Positions 1-9,365 of a stretch of 64,000 bases of DNA are shown piece by piece. The stretch spans positions 17,444-81,443 of the forward strand of contig CANQWG010000002.1 of the NCBI GenBank assembly GCA_947627505.1, in the 5' to 3' direction. The notes under the pieces are model-generated. The model saw only the letters and a program-made list of their open reading frames with translations, was not told where the DNA came from and made no database searches. A program made the position numbers and the translations under genes. This DNA is from an uncultured Bacilli bacterium (GTDB lineage Bacteria > Bacillota_I > Bacilli_A > RFN20 > CAG-449). Every line of letters starts with the position of its first letter. The stretch's first letter is position 1.

Positions 1-64
1 CTGGATAAATGAAACCTTGCACTTGCAAATGCGAGACGATTTCTTCAAATTTAAATTCACTCAT
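1..64 (-). CDS. glyQS: N-terminal fragment (first ~21 codons) of an alpha2-type glycyl-tRNA synthetase, running off the window edge
   Basis: Minus-strand ATG at 62-64 with a GAGGG RBS upstream. The translation MSEFKFEEIVSHLQVQGFIYP resembles the N-terminus of class II GlyRS. It lies downstream of recO as in B. subtilis (era-recO-glyQS). Confidence 0.45.
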   Translation of the reverse strand, partial: MSEFKFEEIVSHLQVQGFIYP

Positions 65-155
65 ATTTGTACCCTCAACTAAAAAATGTCATAACTAATA
101 ACATTATGGCATTATATGTAAATGAAAAATGTTTGTCAACCTATTATAAGTGTAT

Positions 156-875
156 TTAGCATACTTCGAGGAATAATTCGATTCCTTTTAACTCATCACA
201 CTCGAATCGTGAAATCAAATAGTGATGAAATTCATGAATAAGACGCAAAGCGATGGTTTTTGTAATCACGTGATAAGTCAATTTCGTGTCATCTACTAAA
301 AAACTATATCGATAACTTTTTAAATATTCGCTAGTTTCTTTTGCTTTTTTGGCACAATGGGCACAAAGATAACCACCTTCATTATAATCAACGGCCACGA
401 TATTCGTCTTACTGCCACATATAACACACTCGTTGTACTCTAATCCATATCCGGAAAATAAAATCACTTTAGCCATCATAATCACCACCAAAGTCAAAGG
501 ATCAAATCCCTCTTCGAGGGCGATTAAAAAGCGACTTAGATATCGATAAATTCTTCCATCATCCTCGTCGATAAAGCGTAAGATCATCTCATTTATCGCT
601 TGGGTGGCTGTCATTTTGACGATATCGTCATACAAGCAAAAATAATTTTTAAGACAGGTTCCTTCTTTAAGCGTCAGTTTTTGATTTTGAATTCCTAAAG
701 TAAAAACACTTTGGTTTAAAAGTAGACAACTTGCGTAATTCTTGGCATTCGGTTTATTAAGACCATAAGCGGTAAAAGTTTTTCTTCCTTCCGCGGTTAA
801 AATATTGATGATTTCAGCTCCATTACGATAAGGAACACGTTTTAAAACTATTCCTTCAAGCTCTGTATAATTCAT
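156..875 (-). CDS. recO: DNA repair protein RecO
   Basis: N-terminal OB-fold-like region and a C4 zinc motif (CVICGS...CAHC). Overlaps the era stop. Conserved era-recO order. Confidence 0.85.
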   Translation of the reverse strand: MNYTELEGIVLKRVPYRNGAEIINILTAEGRKTFTAYGLNKPNAKNYASCLLLNQSVFTLGIQNQKLTLKEGTCLKNYFCLYDDIVKMTATQAINEMILRFIDEDDGRIYRYLSRFLIALEEGFDPLTLVVIMMAKVILFSGYGLEYNECVICGSKTNIVAVDYNEGGYLCAHCAKKAKETSEYLKSYRYSFLVDDTKLTYHVITKTIALRLIHEFHHYLISRFECDELKGIELFLEVC

Positions 876-1756
876 CGTTTATATCCTAATTCTTTTAAGA
901 ATTGTTCGGAATCTCGCCACTTCTTTGCAACTTTTACATAGGTTGTAAGAAGAACTTTCGTTTTAACGATCTTTTCGATGTCTTTTCGCGCCTCTTCACC
1001 GATTTTTTTAATCATTTGTCCGCCTTTTCCAATCAAGATTCCTTTGTGCGTATCGCGTTCTACGATTATTAAAGCTTCGATTCTTAACGTGTCGTTGACC
1101 TTTTTCATCCGTTCGATAAACACCGCGGAGGAATGCGGTACTTCTTCATGGGTGTAAGTCAAAATTTTTTCGCGAATTATTTCGCCGATTAAAAACGAAA
1201 GCGGGTGATCAGACTTGACATTTTGATCATAATAACGAATCCCATCTTTCAAGGTGGATTTAACTTCATTTAATAGACCATCGAGATTAAAGCCGTCCAA
1301 GGCGGAAATTTCAAGCATCTTGGCTTCTGGAAAAATAGAAGCATACTCTTTTTTAAGTTTTTCCATTAAGTTGATGTTAGTGAGGTCGATTTTGTTAAAA
1401 ACGATAAATAACGGCGCCTCGACATTTTTCAAACGATCTTTGATAAGCGGATCTTCGCTAGCGTTGAACCCTTTAGAAGCATCGACTAAAAGAATCACTG
1501 CATCCACCCCTTCAAGAGCCCCACGAATCTGCTGATTCATGTAGCGATCAAGCTGCCGTCGGCTTCGTAAAACTCCCGGGGTATCGATAAAAATTATCTG
1601 CGAGTCTTCGTCGTTATATATTCCTTGAATCGCATCCCGCGTCGTTTGAACTTTAGGGGTCGCGATCGATATTTTTTCATTGACTAAGGCATTGATTAAA
1701 GTTGATTTTCCGGCATTTGTCTTCCCGACAATAGCCACAAATCCCGATTTCATCAA
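872..1756 (-). CDS. era: GTPase Era
   Basis: G1 motif GKTNAGKST, DTPG, and a KH domain at the C-terminus. The ORF overlaps cdd and recO by 4 nt each. Confidence 0.92.
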   Translation of the reverse strand: MMKSGFVAIVGKTNAGKSTLINALVNEKISIATPKVQTTRDAIQGIYNDEDSQIIFIDTPGVLRSRRQLDRYMNQQIRGALEGVDAVILLVDASKGFNASEDPLIKDRLKNVEAPLFIVFNKIDLTNINLMEKLKKEYASIFPEAKMLEISALDGFNLDGLLNEVKSTLKDGIRYYDQNVKSDHPLSFLIGEIIREKILTYTHEEVPHSSAVFIERMKKVNDTLRIEALIIVERDTHKGILIGKGGQMIKKIGEEARKDIEKIVKTKVLLTTYVKVAKKWRDSEQFLKELGYKR

Positions 1757-2151
1757 AGGTTCTCCTCATCAAAAGCGTAAGGTAATAATTCTTTAATCGT
1801 GGTGTTAAGAGAATCTCCATTTGAGGTTTCAATGTAAATCGGAGCGTCCAAAGGAAAAAGTTCTTCTAGCACTTGACGACACGCGCCGCATGGCGTCACT
1901 AATTTATCGCTAGTTGCATATAGCGCTAAAGCGCAGATATCTTCCTTCTTATAACCTTGAAGATAAGTCGCATAAAGCGCATTCCGTTCCGCACACATCG
2001 AAAGACCATAACTGGCATTTTCGATATTGGCACCAAGAATCACTTTGCCGTCTTTTAAGGCAATCGCCGCGCCGACTGCAAAATGCGAATAAGGGCTATA
2101 CGATAATTTTTGTGCTTCTTTGGCTTTTTCGATTAATAACTTTGAATCCAT
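1753..2151 (-). CDS. cdd: cytidine deaminase
   Basis: CAE(R)NA and PCGxCRQ zinc-binding motifs; 132 aa. Confidence 0.9.
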   Translation of the reverse strand: MDSKLLIEKAKEAQKLSYSPYSHFAVGAAIALKDGKVILGANIENASYGLSMCAERNALYATYLQGYKKEDICALALYATSDKLVTPCGACRQVLEELFPLDAPIYIETSNGDSLNTTIKELLPYAFDEENL

Positions 2152-2163
2152 ATTACTACCTCT

Positions 2164-2631
2164 TTATAAATCTAAAGGATCTAAAATTTGATCCTGTAAA
2201 TCAAACATCACTTTTTCATCTGCCGCATTCATGTGATCGTAACCTAAAAGATGGAGGACTCCGTGGACGAAAAGAAAGGACATCTCGCGTCTAAAACTAT
2301 GATGATATTCTTCAGCTTGACTTTGGGCGCGCTTGACGCAGATGAAAATTTCTCCTAAATCGCGCGGCAAAGAAAGATCTTTAACGATTTTTATTTCATC
2401 AGCGACCTCATCTTCAAAAGCAAACGAAATGACGTCAGTCACGCGATCGATTTGGCGATAAGTTCGATTGATTTCTTGAATCGTCGCTTCCGACACTAAA
2501 TTAACCTCAAGAATAAAAGTTCCTTGAAGGTTTAAAAAATCGCATATTCTTTCAAAAAGGAAACGATAATGCGCTTCGTAATTATCGAGCTCTTCCATCA
2601 CATCGTTTACAAAGGTTAATTCTAAATCCAT
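2164..2631 (-). CDS. ybeY: rRNA maturation endoribonuclease YbeY
   Basis: HGxLHLLGYDH metal-binding motif; 155 aa. Confidence 0.9.
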   Translation of the reverse strand: MDLELTFVNDVMEELDNYEAHYRFLFERICDFLNLQGTFILEVNLVSEATIQEINRTYRQIDRVTDVISFAFEDEVADEIKIVKDLSLPRDLGEIFICVKRAQSQAEEYHHSFRREMSFLFVHGVLHLLGYDHMNAADEKVMFDLQDQILDPLDL

Positions 2632-2684
2632 TTTTTACCTCGCGTACTTTGATTATATACCTAAGTACGCTTTTTTGCCACTAC

Positions 2685-2978
2685 TCATTTGACGTAAAAC
2701 ATATAAATTGAATTTTCCAATTTCTCACGAGTTCCTTTTAAAGCAAAAATATAACCGCTTAAAAAATCAATGATCCGATACCGATCTTTGATGACTAATG
2801 AAGAGACGTTGACGATCACCGGATGATGGCGTTCAATGACACTTGTAATTTGGTCTACTTCATCAAAAGACGTCGGAAAAAATACCTGAGGCGGAATCTT
2901 ATGATATGAATAAAAAGGGCTCCCGTTTTTTACGCCCTTTTTATCTGTTTTTAATGCATCTTTGATTTTTTCTAACAT
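2685..2978 (-). CDS. sepF: SepF-like cell division protein (DUF552), short form
   Basis: The C-terminal segment RIIDFLSGYIFALKGTREKLENSIYMF closely matches the SepF core [26 protein letters not shown]. Confidence 0.6.
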   Translation of the reverse strand: MLEKIKDALKTDKKGVKNGSPFYSYHKIPPQVFFPTSFDEVDQITSVIERHHPVIVNVSSLVIKDRYRIIDFLSGYIFALKGTREKLENSIYMFYVK

Positions 2979-2996
2979 AAGTTCCTCCCCGTTTTT

Positions 2997-3773
2997 TCAA
3001 ATCACAAATTTTTTCAAAAATTCCAAGGCACTTTTTTCAAGACGTGACACCTGGGCTTGTGAAATATTAAATTCGCTCGCTATTTCGATTTGCGACCGAC
3101 CTTCAAAATAGCGTTTTTGAATGATTTGTCGTTCCATATCGTTGAGCTTTGTAATTCCATCTTTGAGCGACAAATTGGTAATAAATTTTTTATCGCTATC
3201 CGCTTCTGTCGGGATCACATCGAAAAGTTCGAGCGACTCGTTGAAGTCATTGTATAACGGCTCGCTTAAAGAAATGATCGGATTAGTCGCTTCCAAGGAT
3301 TCGATGATTTTATATGGTTCTACATTGAACTTTGCCGCCAGTTCTTCGATTTCAATGCTTTTCCCGTATTCGTTTAAATATCGTTCTTTTTCTTTGAGAC
3401 TTTTGTAGGCCAAGTCTTTTATTTGTCTTGAAACTCTTAAAAATGAGTTATCCCGTAGATAACGTCTTATCTCTCCTTCAATCATCGGAACCGCGTACGT
3501 TGAAAAGCGCACATCTTGACTAAGATCAAAATTATCGATTGCTTTTAATAAACCTATTGTTCCAATTTGAAATAAATCATCAAGATTTTCATTTCTTTTT
3601 TGAAACTTATTGACTACCGATAATACTAATTTCAAGTTCCCCGTCACCAATGTATCCTTCAGTTCTCGTTCCCCATCCTGATACCTTTTAAGTAGCTGGA
3701 GTGTTTCATTGCCACTTAAGGCTTGTAAGCGTGAAGTGTCAACTCCAGTAATTGTGACTTTGTATTGGGCCAA
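2997..3773 (-). CDS. sigG: sporulation sigma factor SigG (forespore)
   Basis: The N-terminus KVTITGVDTSRLQ...GNLKLVLSVVNKF...FSTYAVPMIEGEIRRYLRD aligns with B. subtilis SigG. It sits directly downstream of sigE, as in the spoIIG-sigG cluster. Confidence 0.85.
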   Translation of the reverse strand: MAQYKVTITGVDTSRLQALSGNETLQLLKRYQDGERELKDTLVTGNLKLVLSVVNKFQKRNENLDDLFQIGTIGLLKAIDNFDLSQDVRFSTYAVPMIEGEIRRYLRDNSFLRVSRQIKDLAYKSLKEKERYLNEYGKSIEIEELAAKFNVEPYKIIESLEATNPIISLSEPLYNDFNESLELFDVIPTEADSDKKFITNLSLKDGITKLNDMERQIIQKRYFEGRSQIEIASEFNISQAQVSRLEKSALEFLKKFVI

Positions 3774-3810
3774 GTAATATTTCTCCTTCGCCCATTAATT
3801 TGTCCGATTT

Positions 3811-4542
3811 TTATTTTTTTAAACTAACTTTTAATTTTTTGAGAATTCGTTTTTCAAGTCGCGAAATATAGGATTGTGAAATTCCTAAAGTTTCGGCCGT
3901 CTCTTTTTGCGTCATCTCTTCGCGACCATTTAAACCAAAGCGCATCTCAAGAATTTCTTGTTCCCGCGGTTTTAAAGTTTTGATCGCCTCTAAAAGTTCA
4001 TTGCGCTTCTCGTCGTTATCGATATCATCGATAATTTTCATTTCATTTTCACTCAGCACATCGCTTAAAAGCAACTCATTACCATCATAATCGCACTTAA
4101 GTGGTTCATCGAGTGACACCTCATTGCGGGTTCTAGCTTTTTTTCTTAAGTGCATTAAAATTTCATTTTCGATGCAACGCGAAGCATATGTTGCTAATTT
4201 GATGTTTTTATCCGTTTTAAAAGTATTGATGGCTTTAATTAATCCTAAAGTTCCGATAGAAACCAGATCTTCAAGATTGGTGATATTAGTCTCATATCGT
4301 TTGGCTACATAAACCACGAGCCGCAAATTGTGCTCGATCAATTTATTGCGAGCTTCTAAATCACCTTTTAAAAACAAATTGATATATCGTTCTTCATCTT
4401 GTGGATCAAGGGGCGGTGGCAAAACCTCTTTTCCATTTACATAATAAACACTTCTACCGCCGAAAAGGCGATTGATAAGACGTTTTAAATGATTAAACAT
4501 AAATCCTCCTAATGTAAAAAGGCGTTGAGCAAACAATCGCAA
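3811..4542 (-). CDS. sigE: sporulation sigma factor SigE precursor (pro-sigma-E)
   Basis: Pro-sequence ending ...YYVNGKEVLPPPLDPQDEE, as in pro-sigma-E. Sigma-70 regions 2 and 4 are present. It overlaps the upstream spoIIGA. Confidence 0.88.
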   Translation of the reverse strand: MRLFAQRLFTLGGFMFNHLKRLINRLFGGRSVYYVNGKEVLPPPLDPQDEERYINLFLKGDLEARNKLIEHNLRLVVYVAKRYETNITNLEDLVSIGTLGLIKAINTFKTDKNIKLATYASRCIENEILMHLRKKARTRNEVSLDEPLKCDYDGNELLLSDVLSENEMKIIDDIDNDEKRNELLEAIKTLKPREQEILEMRFGLNGREEMTQKETAETLGISQSYISRLEKRILKKLKVSLKK

Positions 4543-5258
4543 CCATTAAAATCAGCGACTTGATCCGCTAAAACGACATAGACAAAGTACGATTCGGCAC
4601 CATCATTCAAATCCAAAAGAGCTTTGAATCCATCATATTGATGATGACTGTCGACAGTTTGTACTTCGATCTTTTCCGTCTTGGAGTCAACGCCATAAGG
4701 CCACCGATTTTTTGCGATAAAAATCACTGGTGTATTGAGATATTTTAAAGTATTGCCAGTATCGAAATATGAACTCAAAACTAAATGATGATTTTTATAA
4801 GTGATCATACATTGAGTCTTGTAATTGTTTAAATGGTATAGTTTATCGACAAAAGTCGCCGCCAAAAGCAATGAAAGCGCAAATATCGGAATCAATAACA
4901 TTTTTACCATTGCTGTCGGTTCTAAAATCGTGACAATGCCACGATAAATCGTGATATTTGAGTCGAGCATAAAAAGAAAAAAACCCAGTCCGTAATAGCA
5001 CAATAAATATAACACCGAAGCGTGAAACCACTTTTTCTTGTAGATGATCATCATCATTGTTAAAAGAAAAAATGCCAATATCAAATACCCAATTATTTCA
5101 TTTAAATAATGTGTGTATACACTAATCGTTTGTCCAAATATTAAGATGCATAAAACCCCCTTTTTAGCTCGGTAAGTGGCGACGATTTTCACAAAAAATA
5201 AACTTACCATCGATAACGTTAAATTCGATAACATCGTTAAGTCAAAATAGATGTTCAT
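4509..5258 (-). CDS. spoIIGA: sigma-E processing aspartic peptidase SpoIIGA
   Basis: Polytopic membrane N-terminus plus a C-terminal aspartic protease-like DTGN motif. Its position immediately upstream of and overlapping sigE supports the call. Confidence 0.8.
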   Translation of the reverse strand: MNIYFDLTMLSNLTLSMVSLFFVKIVATYRAKKGVLCILIFGQTISVYTHYLNEIIGYLILAFFLLTMMMIIYKKKWFHASVLYLLCYYGLGFFLFMLDSNITIYRGIVTILEPTAMVKMLLIPIFALSLLLAATFVDKLYHLNNYKTQCMITYKNHHLVLSSYFDTGNTLKYLNTPVIFIAKNRWPYGVDSKTEKIEVQTVDSHHQYDGFKALLDLNDGAESYFVYVVLADQVADFNGCDCLLNAFLH

Positions 5259-5291
5259 CTTTCATCACCACCGTGATTTTAACGCAAAAAA

Positions 5292-5311
5292 AATGCGAAC
5301 TATGTCGCATT
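5292..5311 (-). terminator. rho-independent terminator after ftsZ, ahead of the spoIIGA promoter region
   Basis: Hairpin AATGCGA-ACTATG-TCGCATT flanked by A7 and T4 runs. It lies between the ftsZ stop (5329) and the spoIIGA start (5258). Confidence 0.6.
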
Positions 5312-5328
5312 TTAATGTTTGTCGTTTA

Positions 5329-6432
5329 TTATTTTATTTCGTCGTTGAGGAAGAAAGGAATTATGCTATCTTCGGTGTTGGTTGAGGCATCGTTTTCTTC
5401 ACTTGAAGGAGTCGGTTCCTCTTCCATATCTTTACGTGTTCGTAACGGCGGTTGCTTTACGGCCGCTTCATAATCGTAATCTTCATCAAATTCAGTAGCG
5501 ATAACCGAAATCAGCATTTGGTCGTTGAGTTCCGGATTTTGCTGTACCCCAAAGATAATGTTGACATTAATTCCGGCGGCTTCGGTAATGTAACTCACCG
5601 CATCTTGAGCTTCATCAAGGGTTACACCGTTTCCTCCGGTGATATTGATAATGGCTGAATGTGCTCCTTTAATGGAAGCTTCTAAAAGCGGAGAAGCAAT
5701 CGCATTTGTCGCCGCTTCCATCGCTTTATGCTCTCCAGAACCGATTCCAAATCCGATTAAGGCGACACCTTTATCTTTCAAAGTAGTTCTTACATCAGCA
5801 AAGTCAAGGTTGATTAATCCTGGAAGAATGATAAGATCGGTTATCGTTTTCACCGATTGCGCCAAAACGGCATCGGAAGTTGCAAAGGCTTCAGCGATTG
5901 GTCGGTTTCCATTGATCATCATCAATTTATCATTGGATACGATGATAATCGAATCGACGTTTTTCTTAAGTTCGCCGATACCTTCAACGGCGCGAACTTT
6001 ACGGGAATTGCCTTCAAATCCAAAAGGACGAGTGACAATAGCGACTGTCAAACATCCGGCATCTTTAGCAACTTTAGCGATTACAGGAGCCGCGCCGGTT
6101 CCAGTACCACCACCCATTCCAGCGGCGATAAAAACCATATCGGCATTGTTTACGATTTCCTTAATGTCTTCGATGCTATCTTCAGCCGCGGCGCGACCGA
6201 TAGCAGGATCGCCACCGGCGCCTAAGCCTTTAGTAATATTTTTACCTAAGACTAACTTTTTTTCAGCTTTAGAGGTTGCGAGTGCTTGAGCATCGGTATT
6301 ACAGACCCAAAACTCAACGCTTCTAATCTGTTCTTCTATCATTTGATTGACCGCGTTATTACCGGCACCACCGACACCGATCACAACGATTTTTGCATAT
6401 GATTCAAATGCGTCAAAATTAAAGTTCTCCAT
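5329..6432 (-). CDS. ftsZ: cell division GTPase FtsZ
   Basis: Tubulin signature GGGTGTGAAPVIA; 367 aa. Confidence 0.95.
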   Translation of the reverse strand: MENFNFDAFESYAKIVVIGVGGAGNNAVNQMIEEQIRSVEFWVCNTDAQALATSKAEKKLVLGKNITKGLGAGGDPAIGRAAAEDSIEDIKEIVNNADMVFIAAGMGGGTGTGAAPVIAKVAKDAGCLTVAIVTRPFGFEGNSRKVRAVEGIGELKKNVDSIIIVSNDKLMMINGNRPIAEAFATSDAVLAQSVKTITDLIILPGLINLDFADVRTTLKDKGVALIGFGIGSGEHKAMEAATNAIASPLLEASIKGAHSAIINITGGNGVTLDEAQDAVSYITEAAGINVNIIFGVQQNPELNDQMLISVIATEFDEDYDYEAAVKQPPLRTRKDMEEEPTPSSEENDASTNTEDSIIPFFLNDEIK

Positions 6433-6446
6433 ATTTTTCCTCCATT

Positions 6447-7670
6447 TTATAATTCATCATTAAAATTAAAATCAACACGTGGTAATTCTTTTTCCTCGTC
6501 GACGCGAGAAATCGTGTTTTGCATAATATCTACATCTTCATCGATAAGGTGCACGTCACCATACTTGATAATTCCAAGGCAATTGAGATACGCTTTGTCG
6601 CGAGTTCCAATTGTTGTAATTCGATAATCGATGACCTCGAGTCCCAATTGTTGTTTAATGAAAGATTCTAAACCTTTAAGTTTTGCAAAACCGCCTGAAA
6701 TCACCAAAGGATATCGTTCATTGTTCCACTTTGTGAGAATTCTCTTTATCGGTTCAACAAGCGAACAATTCAACGTATGTTCAAGCACAGTTTTCAGTTC
6801 ATCAACTTGATGATTTTTGACTATTTCCACTTTATATTTAGGTCCAGAGTCAAGTCCATAGCGGTTTAATAATTCGCTAGCGGTACTATAAGGACATGAA
6901 AATGCATTTTGTATCTCTACGATGATATCTTCTCCCCCGAAGCGAAAACAATCGTTTTTAGTAATGATTTCTCGTGAATTAATAAGTGTCAAAGTTGAAA
7001 TTTTAGCGCCGATATTTAAAAGATAGTAAGACGATGGAATCGATTGCATTCCTTCTAAATAGAGCGCTGAAGCATACGGTGCCACCACAAAGTGACGAAT
7101 TTTAACACCTACTCTATCCAACACCTTGCGATATCCGTTGACGACTTGCTTGCTCATCACATAAATCATCGCCTTCACGAGCAATGAAACGGAATATTTT
7201 CCAAGTGGCGGACGAATGGAAATTTCCTTCGTATCAAGAATATATTGGTATGGAACAATATCGACAATTTCAAGGCTTTCGCTAAATTGTGTCTTGCTAA
7301 GTTGATTGAGCGCATTGTTGATATCGATCTGCGCGATTTCTTTTTTCGGTGAAATAATCATTGTTGACACTTCATTTTTGACAAAATTCATATAAATCGG
7401 TGGCAAGCATAAAATCACTTCATCGATTTTGATCCCTAGAGCTTCATTAGCTTCGGAAACCAATTTTTTAATTGCACTGCTCACGCTATTTTCATCTTCG
7501 ATTTGACCATTGGAAACACCATCAATATCGCTTTCAAGCGCATGTAAAATGTGGACTGTGCCATCGAGAACAAATCCGACAACTAATCTAGCAATTTTAG
7601 AAGTGATTTCCAAGGCGACATAACGATTATTGTTATTCATTATCAATTCTCCTCTTTCCATTCGACACAT
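6447..7670 (-). CDS. ftsA: cell division protein FtsA
   Basis: Actin-like ATPase fold motifs. Sits upstream of ftsZ. Confidence 0.9.
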   Translation of the reverse strand: MCRMERGELIMNNNNRYVALEITSKIARLVVGFVLDGTVHILHALESDIDGVSNGQIEDENSVSSAIKKLVSEANEALGIKIDEVILCLPPIYMNFVKNEVSTMIISPKKEIAQIDINNALNQLSKTQFSESLEIVDIVPYQYILDTKEISIRPPLGKYSVSLLVKAMIYVMSKQVVNGYRKVLDRVGVKIRHFVVAPYASALYLEGMQSIPSSYYLLNIGAKISTLTLINSREIITKNDCFRFGGEDIIVEIQNAFSCPYSTASELLNRYGLDSGPKYKVEIVKNHQVDELKTVLEHTLNCSLVEPIKRILTKWNNERYPLVISGGFAKLKGLESFIKQQLGLEVIDYRITTIGTRDKAYLNCLGIIKYGDVHLIDEDVDIMQNTISRVDEEKELPRVDFNFNDEL

Positions 7671-8500
7671 TTTCTTCGTGAATCACTGAAGGTTCCACAA
7701 ACAAAAGAATACACATCTTTTTCTTCGTCATCAATCGTTTCTTTCAACGTTGCTTGTGCTTCACTAGTAGCGTTATTAAATAAAGTTACAATAGTATCAT
7801 ACGCCAAATAAATAGAGATTTCATCATCTGTCGCATCATATGGATCAAAAGTTACTTTGATAAGCGGTTGGTTTCCAAATAGCGAAAAGTAAAAGGAAAA
7901 TAAATTTTTGGAATCTTTGAAAATATTGAGATATTTTAATTTTTCATAACTTGCGGTAGCTCTAGTCAAATACGATTTTTCGATAAGATTGATAATTGTT
8001 TTCTTGTCGTCATCTTGAGGAAAATAAATCAATTTTGGAAGAGAAGAATTCATTATCAAAAAATCTTTAACCAATTCATTGTCATAAAGTTCCTCATGAG
8101 CTTCGCCATCATTGAAATAAACGATATTATTGTAGTACGCTCCAGGCGCCAACTCTTTGACTTCAATAGTTAACGAAAGCGGATTAATCGATACTTTAGT
8201 ATGATTTCCAGGAAAAAGAGGATGATTGTCAATCAAATCTTTAATATTTTTTTCATCGATAAAATATAGTGAATCTTGACGAGATAAATGGGCAATTTCA
8301 AGAATCTTATCACTATCGTAATTGACGTTTCCCCTCAAAGTGTAATTACTGACACGAGCAAATGGTGAGATAAAATAAACGATAATAAGCAAGTAAATGA
8401 AAGTGATAAAACCACACTTGACAAAAAAGCGATTTCTCTTTTTGCGGTTGTAAAGTTTTAATTGCTCTTCAAATGGAATCTTTTCAGTTTCCATCGTCAT
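7643..8500 (-). CDS. divIB: cell division protein DivIB/FtsQ
   Basis: Single N-terminal TM segment then a POTRA-like region (ISPFARVSNYTLRGN). Position between murB and ftsA. Confidence 0.75.
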   Translation of the reverse strand: MTMETEKIPFEEQLKLYNRKKRNRFFVKCGFITFIYLLIIVYFISPFARVSNYTLRGNVNYDSDKILEIAHLSRQDSLYFIDEKNIKDLIDNHPLFPGNHTKVSINPLSLTIEVKELAPGAYYNNIVYFNDGEAHEELYDNELVKDFLIMNSSLPKLIYFPQDDDKKTIINLIEKSYLTRATASYEKLKYLNIFKDSKNLFSFYFSLFGNQPLIKVTFDPYDATDDEISIYLAYDTIVTLFNNATSEAQATLKETIDDEEKDVYSFVCGTFSDSRRKCVEWKEEN

Positions 8501-8504
8501 TCAC

Positions 8505-9365
8505 CTAACTTTCCAAAATGATAATCTCCAATTTAGGAATAATATCTAAATAATTATATAATAATTTAGAACATCTTTCAATTAACACTAAGATATTTCG
8601 GAAAGAATTATGACCATAAACCTCGATAAAATTTGCGTGTTTTAAGGAAATTCGCGCCGTCTCATTTTGAAAGTTTTTGGCACCCAATCGCTCTAATAAT
8701 TGTCCAATCGAGATTCCTTGAGGATTTGTAAAAGTCGAACCTAAGGTTCTAATTCCATGCGGCTGCACTTTCAAACGCTGACGATGGGCGGTTAAATAAC
8801 TTGCTTTAAGTGCATCGGATGACACGATAATTTTTTTAAAATAGACTTTAACAATCAGTAATTGTTTACTCTTAAAAATAGAACTGCGATAAGTAAACAA
8901 GGCCTTATCATGTGAAATAATGACGATTTCTCCCCTACGATTCAAAGCCACCACTTTTTCTACTATATCTCCGATTGACTCAAAAAAACAACCGCAGTTG
9001 TTGACGATAGATCCTCCGATTAAACCTGGAATATCACCAAGTTTTTCGATTCCGCCATATCCCTTTTCAATCATATAACGGACAAGATGTGGCAATGTGA
9101 CACCACTATCGACAATCAACGTATCTTTTTTATCGACGATCTGGCTTCTGGTAAACTTTAAGTAATATTTATCGCTATAATCAAAGGCGAATAACATTTT
9201 CGACGTGTTTCCTAAATAGATAAAATCCTTATCTTGATGCGTCTTAAGATATTGCTTGACTTCTAAAAGATTATCACTTTCAAGATACTTTTTAACGATA
9301 CCGCCGATTTTGATATAACTTTTTTCGGCGATGCAATAATGGTCTTTTTCAATCATATTTTTCAA
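8505..9365 (-). CDS. murB: UDP-N-acetylenolpyruvoylglucosamine reductase MurB
   Basis: FAD-binding MurB fold, 286 aa. Position in the dcw cluster. Confidence 0.85.
   Translation of the reverse strand: MKNMIEKDHYCIAEKSYIKIGGIVKKYLESDNLLEVKQYLKTHQDKDFIYLGNTSKMLFAFDYSDKYYLKFTRSQIVDKKDTLIVDSGVTLPHLVRYMIEKGYGGIEKLGDIPGLIGGSIVNNCGCFFESIGDIVEKVVALNRRGEIVIISHDKALFTYRSSIFKSKQLLIVKVYFKKIIVSSDALKASYLTAHRQRLKVQPHGIRTLGSTFTNPQGISIGQLLERLGAKNFQNETARISLKHANFIEVYGHNSFRNILVLIERCSKLLYNYLDIIPKLEIIILES

Noticed and set aside
65-155. Possible glycine T-box upstream of the glyQS fragment
   Set aside because: Only about 90 nt separate the recO stop from the glyQS start, which is too short for a T-box leader. No T-box consensus is visible. 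glyQS is probably co-transcribed with recO here.
3774-3810. Sigma-F/G-type promoter call upstream of sigG
   Set aside because: A GGnnAnAnTA-like string (GGCGAAGGAGAAATATTA) is present, but it coincides with the RBS and the match is imperfect. The evidence is not enough to annotate without a motif scan.
4843-5031. 62-aa ORF inside spoIIGA on the same strand
   Set aside because: It is an alternative frame within a well-supported membrane-protein gene. This is a chance ORF.
5639-6289. 216-aa + strand ORF (and several others: 1254-1535, 3121-3408, 12840-13229, 24530-24856, 38433-38717) antisense to well-supported genes
   Set aside because: They are fully embedded antisense within conserved genes (ftsZ, era, sigG, mraY, ruvA, obg). 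They have low-complexity or Ser/Ala/Pro-rich translations typical of mirror frames, and no RBS.
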